From positions 28,370 through 92,369 of the IMG/VR virus record IMGVR_UViG_3300036792_000218: a stretch of DNA of 64,000 bases, one strand, 5' to 3'. Source of the stretch: a virus. Of this stretch, positions 18,235 to 27,648 are shown piece by piece; positions within the stretch are counted from its first letter, which is position 1, and the number at the start of each line of letters is the position of its first letter. Both the position numbers and the translations under genes were made by a program. Under the pieces are notes generated by a model. That model ran no database searches, had not been told where the DNA came from, and saw nothing but the letters and a program-made list of their open reading frames with translations.

Positions 18235-18473
18235 GACGGGTCCTTTCGTGCCGCCGTGGCGGCGTCTGTGCTGGCGTGCTGTTGCGCTTGCTCTACGAAC
18301 TCGGCGCGGTACTTGACGCCTGCCTTGCGGTACAGGTGGCCGATCGCCACCGTGACGGTTCTTGATGACAGGTGCAGGCGGTTGGCGATCTGGGTGTTTG
18401 ACAAGCCCTCCACGATCAGGGCCGTGATTTCCTGCTCGCGCGGGGTCAGCGGTGTGCCTGCGGTGCCGCTCAT
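18231..18473 (-). CDS. LuxR-family HTH protein
   Basis: LTPREQEITALIVEGLSNTQIANRLHLSSRTV..LYRKAGV. Confidence 0.85.
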   Translation of the reverse strand: MSGTAGTPLTPREQEITALIVEGLSNTQIANRLHLSSRTVTVAIGHLYRKAGVKYRAEFVEQAQQHASTDAATAARKDPS

Positions 18474-19210
18474 GTGACCGTCCACGTAGTGACCGGCCCT
18501 TTGGTGGTCGCCGTTTTCGGGGTGGTCTCCGGTACCGCCTCGCCGTCCTCGCGCATGGCCTTCAGGCGGTACTTGACGCTGGACTTCGCGACCCCGAGCG
18601 CGCGGGCGATCGAGCACTCGGTCAGGCCGGGGTACGTCGTCAGGTGCTCGCGGATACGGGCCCGGAGGTCGTCGGCGGGGGCCTCACCCATCGCGGCGCG
18701 GCTGCCGGTTGCGGTGCTCTCACCGGGGCCGTCCCAGCGGACGGTGACGATCGCGCTTACGTTCGTGTCGCCGCTGATCATGCCGAGGACCATGCCGGCC
18801 AGGTGCCCGGCGCAGGCTTCTTCGGCCCCGGCCTCGGCACCCCAGGACGGGTCCAGGTCGGACCGTTCCACGATGAAGCGGGACGGCGCCCCGCACGGCT
18901 CGGCGTAACGGCGGCCGTCCCCGTCCTCGACGTCGCCCTCGACGTCGGCCGTGCACACGGGCCGCTGGTCCGCGCGCCTGATGGCGAAGGCCCCGCCGTC
19001 GTCGCGCAGGTACAGGTCAAGCAGCGTCGGCAGGCACCCGCAGTCGTCGGCGCCCATGTGGTGAAAGCCGTTGGCACACCTATTGTCGGGGCACCCGCAG
19101 GAGTCCCCGGTCCAGGTGGTGCCGTTGCCCCAGTTGGCCCGGTCCCACTCGGCCGGGGTGACGCCGGCGCGGCGCAGAACCGCCCTCGCGGTCTCGTTCA
19201 GCTGGCTCAT
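18470..19210 (-). CDS. Cys-rich protein with C-terminal winged HTH
   Basis: CGCPD.RC..HH...CGC; PGLTECSIARALGVAKSSVKYRLKAM. Confidence 0.6.
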   Translation of the reverse strand: MSQLNETARAVLRRAGVTPAEWDRANWGNGTTWTGDSCGCPDNRCANGFHHMGADDCGCLPTLLDLYLRDDGGAFAIRRADQRPVCTADVEGDVEDGDGRRYAEPCGAPSRFIVERSDLDPSWGAEAGAEEACAGHLAGMVLGMISGDTNVSAIVTVRWDGPGESTATGSRAAMGEAPADDLRARIREHLTTYPGLTECSIARALGVAKSSVKYRLKAMREDGEAVPETTPKTATTKGPVTTWTVT

Positions 19211-19222
19211 GGTTGCTGTCCT

Positions 19223-19630
19223 TCAGCGCGCGACGTGGAACGCCGGGAAGTAGCCGCCTGCCGGGTTGAATGCGACCTGGCCGCCGGCCGTACCGCAGGG
19301 GCGGCCGAACACGTCGCCGACGACCCAGGTACCGGCCGGGTTACGGGTGGTGAAGGTGAACGCGAGGCTGAACGCCTTAGCGTCCTGCTTGGCCACGGTG
19401 CTCCGTATGACCGCGCCGGTCTGCTCGTTGACCGCTGTCGCCTGGATGTCGTCGGCGCAGGCGCTGACGCGGACGGCCAGGCCGAGCTTGACGGGCTCGC
19501 GGACGCTGGCGTGGGCGAGCTTGACCGACACGGTCAGGGTCTTGAAGGCCCCGGCGTGCGCTGTCGCGGGCGTGAGCGCCACGGCGGTTACGGCGGCCGC
19601 GGCCGCGATCAGGTGCCCGGTCTTAGGCAT
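19223..19630 (-). CDS. Secreted hypothetical protein
   Basis: Sec signal ending AHA. Confidence 0.55.
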   Translation of the reverse strand: MPKTGHLIAAAAAVTAVALTPATAHAGAFKTLTVSVKLAHASVREPVKLGLAVRVSACADDIQATAVNEQTGAVIRSTVAKQDAKAFSLAFTFTTRNPAGTWVVGDVFGRPCGTAGGQVAFNPAGGYFPAFHVAR

Positions 19631-19997
19631 CGTTGCCGTCCTTTCCGGGTGCCTCAGCATCCGGGTAGTTGCCGTTGGCGTACAGCCGCATCTCGTCGGT
19701 GGTGTTCACGATCGCGGTGCTGACACGCGCTACGCCGGCGTCGAACCCGGCCGCGTACGTGTCCGGGTCACCGGGGACCAGGAGGGTCAGGGTGCGGCCC
19801 TCCGCGCGGCGCTTGACGTCGTACCAGGTCGGGTGCCAGCGCTCGTCTATCCGGGCGTCGGTGGTGTACCAGTTGCCGATGTTCGACTTGTTCGACACCC
19901 AGACCTCCTGGTGTGACTCGCCCCAGTCGATCGCGACCACGGAGCCGGTCGGGGGTTCCTCGTCGAGCCCGGTGGGCAGCGGGTCGTTCACGGTCAC
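19623..19997 (-). CDS. Hypothetical protein
   Basis: GTGA overlap; EPP.GSVV motif. Confidence 0.55.
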   Translation of the reverse strand: MTVNDPLPTGLDEEPPTGSVVAIDWGESHQEVWVSNKSNIGNWYTTDARIDERWHPTWYDVKRRAEGRTLTLLVPGDPDTYAAGFDAGVARVSTAIVNTTDEMRLYANGNYPDAEAPGKDGNDA

Positions 19998-20551
19998 CGC
20001 TTGTCCTCTCCGGTCGCCGTGGCGACGTGGTCGGCCAGGCTGGCCGGCTTGAGCCCGGCGTCGTACGTGCCGGCCCCGAGGATCGTGCCGCTGACGGCGG
20101 CCTCGTCGCCGGTGCCCGGCAGGAGCCGCCAATGGCGCTTGCGGGTTCCGGTGGAGAACCCGGTCTCCGCGTCGAACCGCATCGGGACGTCCGCCTCCGC
20201 CGTGGCGAAGACATCGGACCCGTCCGCGCCGAGCGCGGTTACCGTCGCGGGCTGCACTATTACGCCCTGGAGCGGCTGGCCGGTGGTCTCGTCGCACCGC
20301 ACCAGGCGTGCGGCCATCCCGACCCGCCACTCGGTCGCGGTCGCGGCGTCGGGCGGGTCGAGGAAGAGGTGGAGGGTAACCACCCGCCCCGACTGGAGGG
20401 TCACGGTGAACGCCGCGTCCGCCGGGTCGCCGTCGAGCAGGTTGAGCGTTGACACCATGGGGGCGCCGTCGCGGAGCGCCACGTCGGGGGAGCGCACCAG
20501 CGCCCTCCTGATCGCGGCCAGGTCGGGGATGTCGAACGGGATGTCAGCCAT
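19994..20551 (-). CDS. Hypothetical protein
   Basis: RBS AAAGGA; GC3 bias. Confidence 0.55.
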   Translation of the reverse strand: MADIPFDIPDLAAIRRALVRSPDVALRDGAPMVSTLNLLDGDPADAAFTVTLQSGRVVTLHLFLDPPDAATATEWRVGMAARLVRCDETTGQPLQGVIVQPATVTALGADGSDVFATAEADVPMRFDAETGFSTGTRKRHWRLLPGTGDEAAVSGTILGAGTYDAGLKPASLADHVATATGEDKR

Positions 20552-20575
20552 CAGGTTTCCTTTGCTGTGGCGGGT

Positions 20576-20603
20576 GGCCCCGCAGGCGGTTGCCTGCGGG
20601 GCC
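20576..20603. repeat. Intergenic hairpin GGCCCCGCAGGC-N4-GCCTGCGGGGCC (copy 1; others at 22531, 23161, variant 23446)
   Basis: 12-bp perfect stem repeated between consecutive genes. Confidence 0.8.
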
Positions 20604-20609
20604 CGGTGG

Positions 20610-20915
20610 TCAGGCGAGGCGGCGGCGGACGGTGACGGTGAAGCTGGCGGGAATGGCGATCGTGGTGCCGGACAGGAACCAAACCCTCTTAGCCTCGATC
20701 GGCATGCGCGGCCCGCGCGGACGGCTGGTCTCGTACATGGCGTGCCAGTCGCTGACGATGGCCTTGATGCCGCTGTTGATGACGGCGCCGCGGATTCCCC
20801 GCTGCGCGGGGAACGAGACCACGAAGTCGCCGTGCCGCAGTTCGGTGAACGTGACGTCTTCCGGGTCGGCGAACTGCGGCTCGGCGGTGGCGGGTTGCGT
20901 CGTGGCGGTGGTCAT
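20610..20915 (-). CDS. Hypothetical protein (first gene after a conserved promoter)
   Basis: RBS GGGGGA; follows the motif at 20941-21000. Confidence 0.6.
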   Translation of the reverse strand: MTTATTQPATAEPQFADPEDVTFTELRHGDFVVSFPAQRGIRGAVINSGIKAIVSDWHAMYETSRPRGPRMPIEAKRVWFLSGTTIAIPASFTVTVRRRLA

Positions 20916-20940
20916 CGTGTCCCCCGGTGGTCTCGGTAGA

Positions 20941-21000
20941 TGCTTACGGAGACAACATTATCCGTTCATAATAATGTCGTCAACTTATTCAGGGCGTGTC
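20941..21000 (-). promoter_or_regulatory. Conserved early promoter/operator copy 1
   Basis: TTGACG-17-TAATGT then TGTCTCCGTAAGCA; GACAC 12 bp upstream of -35. Confidence 0.8.
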
Positions 21001-22494
21001 GGCGAACCCTTCCCCGTCCTCTCCGGTCCCGGCGGCGGCCTCGGCGGCGGTGCGGGCTGCGACCTCGGCGGCGTCCACGGCGGCGGCCTCGGCGACCGCT
21101 TCGGCCTTGGCCCGCACGGCGTCGACTACGGCCTGCTCGCACGGCGCCAGGTCGTATCCCCACCCGGCGAGCGCAGTCAGGTACTCAGCCGATGCGCGCT
21201 GCGGGGTGCGCCACGTCATGGTGTCGGCGGTCAGCCACTCGCACGCCCCTATCACCAGCGCGAAGGTGACCAGGTGGGCGCGCTGCTCGGACGCCCCGGT
21301 GAGGCTGTCGGCGAGCGGTGACTTGTAGTCGCCGTAGCCGCTGTAGCCGCTGTCGGCCTCGATGCCGCCGAGCAGGGCCCGCGCGGTCTTGTGCCTGCCG
21401 CCGCTCATGCTGGTGAACGACCGGATCAGGTAGCTGTCCGCCGCGGCGAGCGCCTTGACGGTGAACAGGGCGGCACCCGCGGGCAGGTCCTTGCCGTGCA
21501 GCAGCACGTCTGTCAGCCACCGCTGGCGGACGGTCGTCGCGGACCGCCAGGCGCTGTTACCCTCGCGTACCCGCCTCTTGTCCTCGGGTGACGTCTCGGG
21601 CTGCCCGCTGTCGTGGCGCTTCTTGTGGCCGTTGGCCTTCGGGTCGGTGCAGTACCACGACTCGTCGACGTACCTGTTGTCGCCGTGGCCCATCACGTAC
21701 AGGACAACTACGTTGCCCGGGCAGTCCTTGTGGCTTGCGGGGTCGAGCCGGTTCCCGTCAGTGTCCACCCAGTAATTCAGCCCGTTCTCGTAGTGGATTG
21801 CGTCGTCGCTGACCTTGATGCCCTGCCCGTCCAGCTCGGCGGCTCGGGCGGCCTTCATGGCCCGCTCGGTGCGCTTGTCGCGGCACTGCTGAACCTGGTG
21901 GTCGAACTGGCCGGGCTGGTCGACGGCGGTCACGGCGAGGTGCTTGGCGATCGCGGGCTCGTCGTCGAACTCGGCGATCGCCGCGGCCTGGAGCATGTCG
22001 AGCGGGTACTGGTGGGCCAGGGTGCGCGCGGTGTCGGAGGCGTGAGTCTTGCGGGCGGCGGCGATCTCGGTCCGCTCGTAGCCGGTCATTTTCTTGACCG
22101 TGACGGCGTTCGCGCCGAGGTCGAATAGCTGGGCGACGGCGGCGGCGCGGTCGGCCGTGGTCAGGCCCTCGCGGTTCTCGTTCTCGTCCCATTGCTCGAG
22201 GATCCGCGCGATCTCCGCTTCTGTGGTTCCGGCGGTGCCCTCGACGACGACGGCCGGGACCTGGCATCCGACCTCGATGCAGGCCAGCCGGCGGCGTGCC
22301 CCGAACCGCAAGACGAGTTCGCCGTCCGGGGTCCGGAGGACGCCGATCGGCTGCCGGACCCAGTTCGCGCGGATGGAGTCGATGAGTTCCTTGCTGGGCT
22401 GCGCGTCGCGGATGTTGCCCACGACGGTGATCGCCGCGGGGTCGAGCACTTCGAGCGTCATCGCGGGTGTCTTCACTGATGCGGTCTTCGGCAT
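20989..22494 (-). CDS. parB: ParB/Srx N-terminal domain protein (plasmid/ICE-type long ParB)
   Basis: NIR..ELIDSIR...QPI...GARRRLA (GxxR), ENENREGL, followed by an HTH. Confidence 0.8.
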   Translation of the reverse strand: MPKTASVKTPAMTLEVLDPAAITVVGNIRDAQPSKELIDSIRANWVRQPIGVLRTPDGELVLRFGARRRLACIEVGCQVPAVVVEGTAGTTEAEIARILEQWDENENREGLTTADRAAAVAQLFDLGANAVTVKKMTGYERTEIAAARKTHASDTARTLAHQYPLDMLQAAAIAEFDDEPAIAKHLAVTAVDQPGQFDHQVQQCRDKRTERAMKAARAAELDGQGIKVSDDAIHYENGLNYWVDTDGNRLDPASHKDCPGNVVVLYVMGHGDNRYVDESWYCTDPKANGHKKRHDSGQPETSPEDKRRVREGNSAWRSATTVRQRWLTDVLLHGKDLPAGAALFTVKALAAADSYLIRSFTSMSGGRHKTARALLGGIEADSGYSGYGDYKSPLADSLTGASEQRAHLVTFALVIGACEWLTADTMTWRTPQRASAEYLTALAGWGYDLAPCEQAVVDAVRAKAEAVAEAAAVDAAEVAARTAAEAAAGTGEDGEGFADTP

Positions 22495-22530
22495 TGAGTG
22501 TCCTGTCTGATCGGTGTGTGTTGTGGTGGT

Positions 22531-22558
22531 GGCCCCGCGGGCGGGTGCCTGCGGGGCC
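22531..22558. repeat. Intergenic hairpin copy 2
   Basis: GGCCCCGCGGGC-GGGT-GCCTGCGGGGCC. Confidence 0.8.
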
Positions 22559-22567
22559 GTGGGGTGG

Positions 22568-23101
22568 CTAGTCGAGCTGGACGTGGGCGGTGTTGCCGGT
22601 GATCGCGGCGACGTGCCCTACGTACGGGATTCCGGGCTCTGCGTCGGTGACCTCGATCTCGACGCGGTGACCGACGGCGACCGGCGCGGGGCCCTCGATC
22701 GGCATGTCGAGCCAGCCGGTCCCGCCGGCCTCGATGTCGGCCTGCTCGTGGCGCTCAAGCTCGACGCCGGTCATGTTCACGGCCAGGTGGTGCGGGACGG
22801 GCTGCTCGGACAGTTCAGTGATGATCAGGCTCTGGGGCTGCTCTGGGGTCTTCTCCTGGTCCCCTCCGGCCGCCAGGAGGAGCTTCGCCGGGTTGATCGT
22901 GACCGTCCGCACGGCGGCGGTGCGCTTCTTCGCGGTGGGCGCTCCGTTCATGCGCTGCAGGCGGCCGGTAACCGTCACCGCCCCGGTTGCCTTGCTCACG
23001 CTGGCGTGGGTGACCCGGAGCCGGTAGGGCAGCTTCCTGACCCAGTCCGCGCCGGCGGGAACGATGATCTCGACTCCCGGCTCGATGTCCTCGGGTGACA
23101 T
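22568..23101 (-). CDS. Hypothetical protein
   Basis: RBS AGGAGG. Confidence 0.6.
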   Translation of the reverse strand: MSPEDIEPGVEIIVPAGADWVRKLPYRLRVTHASVSKATGAVTVTGRLQRMNGAPTAKKRTAAVRTVTINPAKLLLAAGGDQEKTPEQPQSLIITELSEQPVPHHLAVNMTGVELERHEQADIEAGGTGWLDMPIEGPAPVAVGHRVEIEVTDAEPGIPYVGHVAAITGNTAHVQLD

Positions 23102-23160
23102 TTGGTCCTCCTGTCGCTTGGTGCTTACGGTGGCCGGGCCGCCCGGTCTGCTTGGGGACG

Positions 23161-23189
23161 GGCCCCGCAGGCAGGTCGCCTGCGGGGCC
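23161..23189. repeat. Intergenic hairpin copy 3
   Basis: GGCCCCGCAGGC-AGGTC-GCCTGCGGGGCC. Confidence 0.8.
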
Positions 23190-23195
23190 GGGTAG

Positions 23196-23417
23196 CTAGC
23201 GCTTGATGGTCACTTCGGCGCCACGGGTGCCGTTGCCGTCGCCGATCTCACCGAACGCGGGCGAGCCCTGGATGCTGGTCAGGACGTCGCTGCGGACGTT
23301 CTCGACTACCTCGCGGGCGTAGAGCTTGCCGCCGGCGGCGGGTAGCCCGTACTTGTTGGCGTACTGCTGGACTTGCTGCTCGGTCATTTCGATGACGATC
23401 GGGACCTGGATTCGCAC
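23196..23417 (-). CDS. Hypothetical protein
   Basis: RBS AAGGAG. Confidence 0.6.
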   Translation of the reverse strand: MRIQVPIVIEMTEQQVQQYANKYGLPAAGGKLYAREVVENVRSDVLTSIQGSPAFGEIGDGNGTRGAEVTIKR

Positions 23418-23480
23418 GGGGTTTCTCCTTCGGCGATCGGGGGCGGGCGCCGCCGGCGGGTGCCGGCGGCGCCGGGGTGG

Positions 23481-23972
23481 CTAGTAGGCGGCTAGCAGGG
23501 CGTCAAGGTCGGCTTCGGTCGGGACCGAGTTGCCGTACAGGCCGCCGTCGAAGACCACGGGGATTTCGAGCTTGCCGGCGTTCTTGCGGAATGAGCGGTA
23601 GCGCTTGAGCGCGGTTTCGTTGCGGGTCCCGGTCACGCCGTTGGAGGTGAGGTGGAAAGTGATACTCACGTGGCCGGTTGTCCAGCCGTGGTAGTAGCGG
23701 CCGCCGTCGAGGTGGGTGCGCGTGGTTTCGGGGGTGTAGCGGGGGTCGTCGCTTTCGTGGTCGAGGGCGTCGTGTCCGGTGAGGGTGTTCGCGCGGGCGC
23801 CGGTGCTCTTGGGGAACCGGGCGGCGGCTTCCCTGGCCTGCTCGATCGTCTCGGTGATCAGGGTCGCGTGGATGCTGAAGCCGCCGTCGCGGTAGGTGAC
23901 GGCGGTGATGTGGTACGCGGCGCTGTCGATCCAGTCCTGGTAGTAGCCGGTCCGCCTGTCGTTCGTGTCCAT
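23481..23972 (-). CDS. Hypothetical protein (first gene after a conserved promoter)
   Basis: RBS AGGGGGA. Confidence 0.6.
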   Translation of the reverse strand: MDTNDRRTGYYQDWIDSAAYHITAVTYRDGGFSIHATLITETIEQAREAAARFPKSTGARANTLTGHDALDHESDDPRYTPETTRTHLDGGRYYHGWTTGHVSITFHLTSNGVTGTRNETALKRYRSFRKNAGKLEIPVVFDGGLYGNSVPTEADLDALLAAY

Positions 23973-23993
23973 CGTGTTCCCCCTGTGGTCCCC

Positions 23994-24058
23994 GGTTGCT
24001 TACAGAGACAACATTATGTGTGACGGTTAAAGATGTCAACTTAATCAGGGCGTGTCGC
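23994..24058 (-). promoter_or_regulatory. Conserved early promoter/operator copy 2
   Basis: TTGACA-17-TAATGT-TGTCTCTGTAAGCAACC; GACAC 12 bp upstream. Confidence 0.85.
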
Positions 24059-24416
24059 CAAGCAAGTCCCCCTGCACCAGCGCCGCCCCGCCCCCGCCAG
24101 CGGCAGCCGGCGCCGGGTCGCGATCGGGAAACCAGCCAAGCCGGAGACCCCGCTCCCACCTCGACGCCAGCCGCGCGTCAAGCGCCCCGTCAAGGCACAG
24201 CGCGAGCTCGTAATCGAGCAGCTTCTCCCGGCCGACCGGAATGTCAGCCGCCACCAGGGAACAGCGCGCGCAGCCCGCCCGGTGCGCCCAGAACCGCGCC
24301 GCGGCCTGGTCGCGGGCCGCCACGGCGTGCGACAGGGACGGCTGGTAAGCCGGGTTCGGCACCGTCACCGGGGCGCGCACGGGAGCCGCGTCGAACAGCG
24401 CCCCGTCGTCAGCCAC
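24045..24416 (-). CDS. Hypothetical protein
   Basis: Overlaps the upstream stop; H..GCARC. Confidence 0.5.
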   Translation of the reverse strand: MADDGALFDAAPVRAPVTVPNPAYQPSLSHAVAARDQAAARFWAHRAGCARCSLVAADIPVGREKLLDYELALCLDGALDARLASRWERGLRLGWFPDRDPAPAAAGGGGAALVQGDLLGDTP

Positions 24417-25038
24417 GGCCAGCCGTGCCGTCCGCCAGCGCGGCCAGCTCGCCGGACACCTCGGCCTCATGCGCCTGGCCGATCCTGGTGGCGCTCCGGG
24501 TCGCCCTCGCGGCGTCAGCGAGGTCCGCGGTGATGTCGACGTGGCCGGCGCGGCCAAGCGGGACGCCGTCGAGCTGGTCCAGCACCTGCAGCGCCGTCCG
24601 CGCCTCGCGCAGCGCCGACTCGGCGTCCCCCAGGGCGGTCAGCAGCCGGCGTGTCAGTTCCTGCTGGCTGGTCACCGTGGCGAGCCACCCGCGCGCGTAG
24701 TCGCAGTCTTCGCAGGCGGCGCACAGCTCGCAGACCTCGTGAGCGCAGATCTTGCCCTCATGCTTGCCGGCGAAGTGGGCGGCCCGGATCGCGCACGCAC
24801 CGCAGGAGCAATCTCCGGGGTGGCCGGGTGCCTCGGTGCGGATGTGCTGGCGGGTGCCGCAGGACCACTCGGCCAGTAGCATCGACGGGTCGCTGACCCG
24901 GACGCCGTACCGGACGCAGGCGAGGGCGTCGGCGTGGGCCATCGCCGCCGGGTAACCGGGCGCGGGGTCCTGTGCTGTCTTCCACTCGCCGTCGGCGGTC
25001 ATGCGGAAGGTGACCGTGTACAGGGTCGCGTCAGGCAT
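24409..25038 (-). CDS. Hypothetical Cys-rich protein
   Basis: CSCGAC, CAHEVCELCAACEDC. Confidence 0.55.
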   Translation of the reverse strand: MPDATLYTVTFRMTADGEWKTAQDPAPGYPAAMAHADALACVRYGVRVSDPSMLLAEWSCGTRQHIRTEAPGHPGDCSCGACAIRAAHFAGKHEGKICAHEVCELCAACEDCDYARGWLATVTSQQELTRRLLTALGDAESALREARTALQVLDQLDGVPLGRAGHVDITADLADAARATRSATRIGQAHEAEVSGELAALADGTAGRG

Positions 25039-25840
25039 TGCCGGCGTCCTTCCGGTGCGTGTAGACGGAGATGAAGGAGCCCCGGTTGTCCGGGGTGTAG
25101 TAACGGCTGGCGATCTCGGTCAGCGCCTTGTCCATGGCGCGCCGCTCGGGACTGGCGATCGTCCACGTCGCCGGGGCGTTGTCGACGTGGATGTCGATCG
25201 AGGTCATCAGGGAGGCGTGCTCGCCCCGCACGCGGATCTTGATGCCGTCGGGGCAGTGGGGCAGCGTCTTGCCGGCGAGGGCCGCCTTGATGTCGGCGCG
25301 GACCGCCTTGGCGGCTTCGGCGAGGGTGATGTCCGGGTACTTGAGCACGGGGGCGGGGCTGTCAGGTACGGCCGGGCCCGGCTTCGGCGCGGTGCCCTCG
25401 ATCACGGCGCACGCCCGGCGTAGCTTGCGCAGGCCCGCCGCTGAGAGGGGAATGTCCAGGGCGGCGGCCAGCGCGTCCCGGTCCGCGGCGGTGAGGCCGC
25501 TGCCCTCGTCGTCGAGCAGCGGGTACAGCAGCGCGCGGGCCTCCGCGATCGCGCCGAGCGCCCTGCCGATGCGCCTGCCCGCGAGCCCGGCCAGCGCCTT
25601 CGCGGTCGCGGCGGGGTCGTCGCTCTCGCGTGCCTGGTACTCGGCGATGTCCAGTTCTGCCTTGTCGAGGACCGTGCGGGTCGCGTCGATGCCGTCGCGG
25701 TCGACCGTGACGGAAGGCAAGAGCAGCAAGTCATAGTCGCGGCGGGCCGCCCGGTTCGTCCGGGGGCGGTCCTCGGCGGACGGGTCGACGTCGGGCAGGT
25801 ACCCGGCGAACTGCATGCGGTCAGGGTCGGTGGTGGTCAT
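25031..25840 (-). CDS. Protein with C-terminal LPD29-like (large polyvalent protein-associated) domain
   Basis: EAAKAVRADIK...GIKIRVR.....SIDIHV resembles LPD29 as recalled; not verified by HMM. Confidence 0.45.
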   Translation of the reverse strand: MTTTDPDRMQFAGYLPDVDPSAEDRPRTNRAARRDYDLLLLPSVTVDRDGIDATRTVLDKAELDIAEYQARESDDPAATAKALAGLAGRRIGRALGAIAEARALLYPLLDDEGSGLTAADRDALAAALDIPLSAAGLRKLRRACAVIEGTAPKPGPAVPDSPAPVLKYPDITLAEAAKAVRADIKAALAGKTLPHCPDGIKIRVRGEHASLMTSIDIHVDNAPATWTIASPERRAMDKALTEIASRYYTPDNRGSFISVYTHRKDAGNA

Positions 25841-26163
25841 AGGTCGTACTCCTTCGACTGGGCGAGCATCTGGGCGAGGATCCGTTCGGTTTCGGCTTGG
25901 CGCCGCTGCGCTTCTGCGGCTTCAGCGGCGGCGTGGTCGGCGTCGGACAGTTCGCGGGACTCGACGGTGGCGAGGGCGTCAATGCGGAGCGTGGTCGACC
26001 CGCTCGCCCCGTCGGCGGCCCACACGAGGCGCACGTAGTCGCCGGGGGCGTGGAAGCCGTCCCACGGTTCATCTGTCAGCGACTCGACGCGGACGGGGCC
26101 GGTGTGCAGGCCGGGGACGGTGATCAGGTCACCCTTGCGGGCAAGCTCGATGGTCTCGTTCAC
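25837..26163 (-). CDS. Hypothetical protein
   Basis: GTGA/ATGA overlaps. Confidence 0.55.
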   Translation of the reverse strand: MNETIELARKGDLITVPGLHTGPVRVESLTDEPWDGFHAPGDYVRLVWAADGASGSTTLRIDALATVESRELSDADHAAAEAAEAQRRQAETERILAQMLAQSKEYDL

Positions 26164-26387
26164 AGGGCGCTCCCTAGCTGTGCGTCGATGCGGTGGTCGT
26201 CGAGGTCGCGTTGGACGCTCGCGCGGGTCGCGCCGCCGGTCTTGGATTCCCACTGGCCGCATGAGCAGGCGACGTCCCAGCCGGGCCAGGAGCCGGACAT
26301 GGTGCTGGCGTGCGGGATCTTCTCGCGCGGGTACGCGGCGCTGCCGTCGCCCACCCACACGAACCAGCGGCCACGGTGGGCCTTCAT
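26160..26387 (-). CDS. Hypothetical actinophage protein
   Basis: WFVW..KIP..STM.G.WPGWDVACSCG.WES.TGG. Confidence 0.55.
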   Translation of the reverse strand: MKAHRGRWFVWVGDGSAAYPREKIPHASTMSGSWPGWDVACSCGQWESKTGGATRASVQRDLDDHRIDAQLGSAL

Positions 26388-26417
26388 GGTTTCGGGGTCA
26401 CGAGCAGGTGCGGCATG

Positions 26418-26717
26418 TCAGGCCCCCGGCTTCCGGGCGGCCAGTTCAGCGGTCCGCGCCGCGTCGCACTCGGGGTGCATGTGGTCGTTCCGTGCGGTCT
26501 GAACGAGGGCTGACCGCTCGTCGCCGGGCTGGTAGCAGTAGGCGCAGACGGGGACCATCTGCCGGGCTTCCCTGGACGGCGGCCTGCTGTTGGGGTCGCT
26601 GGCGGCGGGGCTGGCTGCTACCTGGAGGCGGCGGAGGTGCGGCTTCGCGTTCAGTTCCGCCTCGGTGAAGAAACAGCCTGCGGCGATCTGCTGCTCTTCG
26701 GTGATGTCCCTGCGCAT
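26418..26717 (-). CDS. Hypothetical protein
   Basis: RBS AAGGAG; CAYC..H.EC. Confidence 0.55.
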   Translation of the reverse strand: MRRDITEEQQIAAGCFFTEAELNAKPHLRRLQVAASPAASDPNSRPPSREARQMVPVCAYCYQPGDERSALVQTARNDHMHPECDAARTAELAARKPGA

Positions 26718-26747
26718 CGGGGTTGCTCCTTTCTGGCGTCGGGCGGT

Positions 26748-27149
26748 TCAGGCGGCGAACGGGAGGGCGAGCGGGCGGGGGGTGATCGCGATCACGAGGC
26801 GCAGGGCGCCGGCGTGCTTGCAGGGCTGCTCGTCGGCGGTGAGGCGCCCGACGCCGTGGCGGCAGTTGCACATGCCGTCGGGGGTGACGCGGTATGTGGC
26901 GTCGAAGTCGGTGCTGTCGACGATCCAGATTCCGGGGCGGCTGCTCGGGCGGACCGCGCCGAGTTCGACGATCTCGATTGCCTCGTCGACCTGGTCGTCG
27001 GACAGGCCTGCGAGGGCGGCGGACATCTTGCGCCAGCAGGTGGGGCCGTATCCGCGGCGCTTGCTAAGGGGGCTGGTGAGCTTGCGGCCGCATCCGGGGC
27101 GCTGGCAGCGGTGCTCGTCGGTTTCGGTGATCGCGGTGGTGGTGGTCAT
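26748..27149 (-). CDS. DUF6011-like Zn domain plus SWIM Zn-finger protein
   Basis: C..CGRKLT.P.S..RGYGPTC; CNC....PCKH. Confidence 0.7.
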   Translation of the reverse strand: MTTTTAITETDEHRCQRPGCGRKLTSPLSKRRGYGPTCWRKMSAALAGLSDDQVDEAIEIVELGAVRPSSRPGIWIVDSTDFDATYRVTPDGMCNCRHGVGRLTADEQPCKHAGALRLVIAITPRPLALPFAA

Positions 27150-27448
27150 CGGTGGTTCCCCCTGTGAGCGCCGTTGCTTACAAGGACAACATTATAGCTA
27201 GCTAACAGTGTTGTCAATTTAAATGGGCGTGTCGCGCGCCCCACGAGCACCGACAGCCAGAACACCTCCGCAACCTCCGCAACCTTCGCGCCGACCACCC
27301 GCTCCGCCCGCGCCAACTGCCACGCCGCGTCACGCTCCCGCCACTCGACTACCGACCGCAGGTAAGCGCCCCACGCGGCCTGCTGCGCCCCCGCCACGCC
27401 CGCCTCCGCAGACCGGCACAAGCGCAGCAGCCCCTCGTCGCTGATCAC
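27146..27448 (-). CDS. Hypothetical protein; frame reads through the promoter (in-frame TTA at 27203-27205)
   Basis: GTGA overlap at the start. Confidence 0.45.
   Translation of the reverse strand: MISDEGLLRLCRSAEAGVAGAQQAAWGAYLRSVVEWRERDAAWQLARAERVVGAKVAEVAEVFWLSVLVGRATRPFKLTTLLASYNVVLVSNGAHRGNHR
27173..27234 (-). promoter_or_regulatory. Conserved early promoter/operator copy 3
   Basis: TTGACA-17-TAATGT-TGTCCTTGTAAGCAAC; GACAC 11 bp upstream. Confidence 0.85.
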
Positions 27449-27648
27449 GGCAGCCGCCGCACCGACCGGGCGAGCGCCCGCGGCCGGAACCGCTCCGCGC
27501 AGGCACCCGAATCACGGCAGCGGTCCAGGTCCGGCCGCGTCGGAACCACCTCAAGCGCCCCGAACGGGAGCACGACCCGGCATGCCGCGCAGGTGCCCTT
27601 GACATCCGGCAACGGCACCCACAAGACCGGCGCCGGCCTGGCCGCCAT
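27445..27648 (-). CDS. Hypothetical protein
   Basis: TGATG overlap; CAAC, C..C. Confidence 0.45.
   Translation of the reverse strand: MAARPAPVLWVPLPDVKGTCAACRVVLPFGALEVVPTRPDLDRCRDSGACAERFRPRALARSVRRLP

Noticed and set aside
20576-23473. Integron attC cassette array
   Set aside because: The hairpins are only about 28 bp, lack RYYYAAC/GTTRRRY boxes and extrahelical bases, and the integrase looks like an arm-binding phage type rather than IntI.
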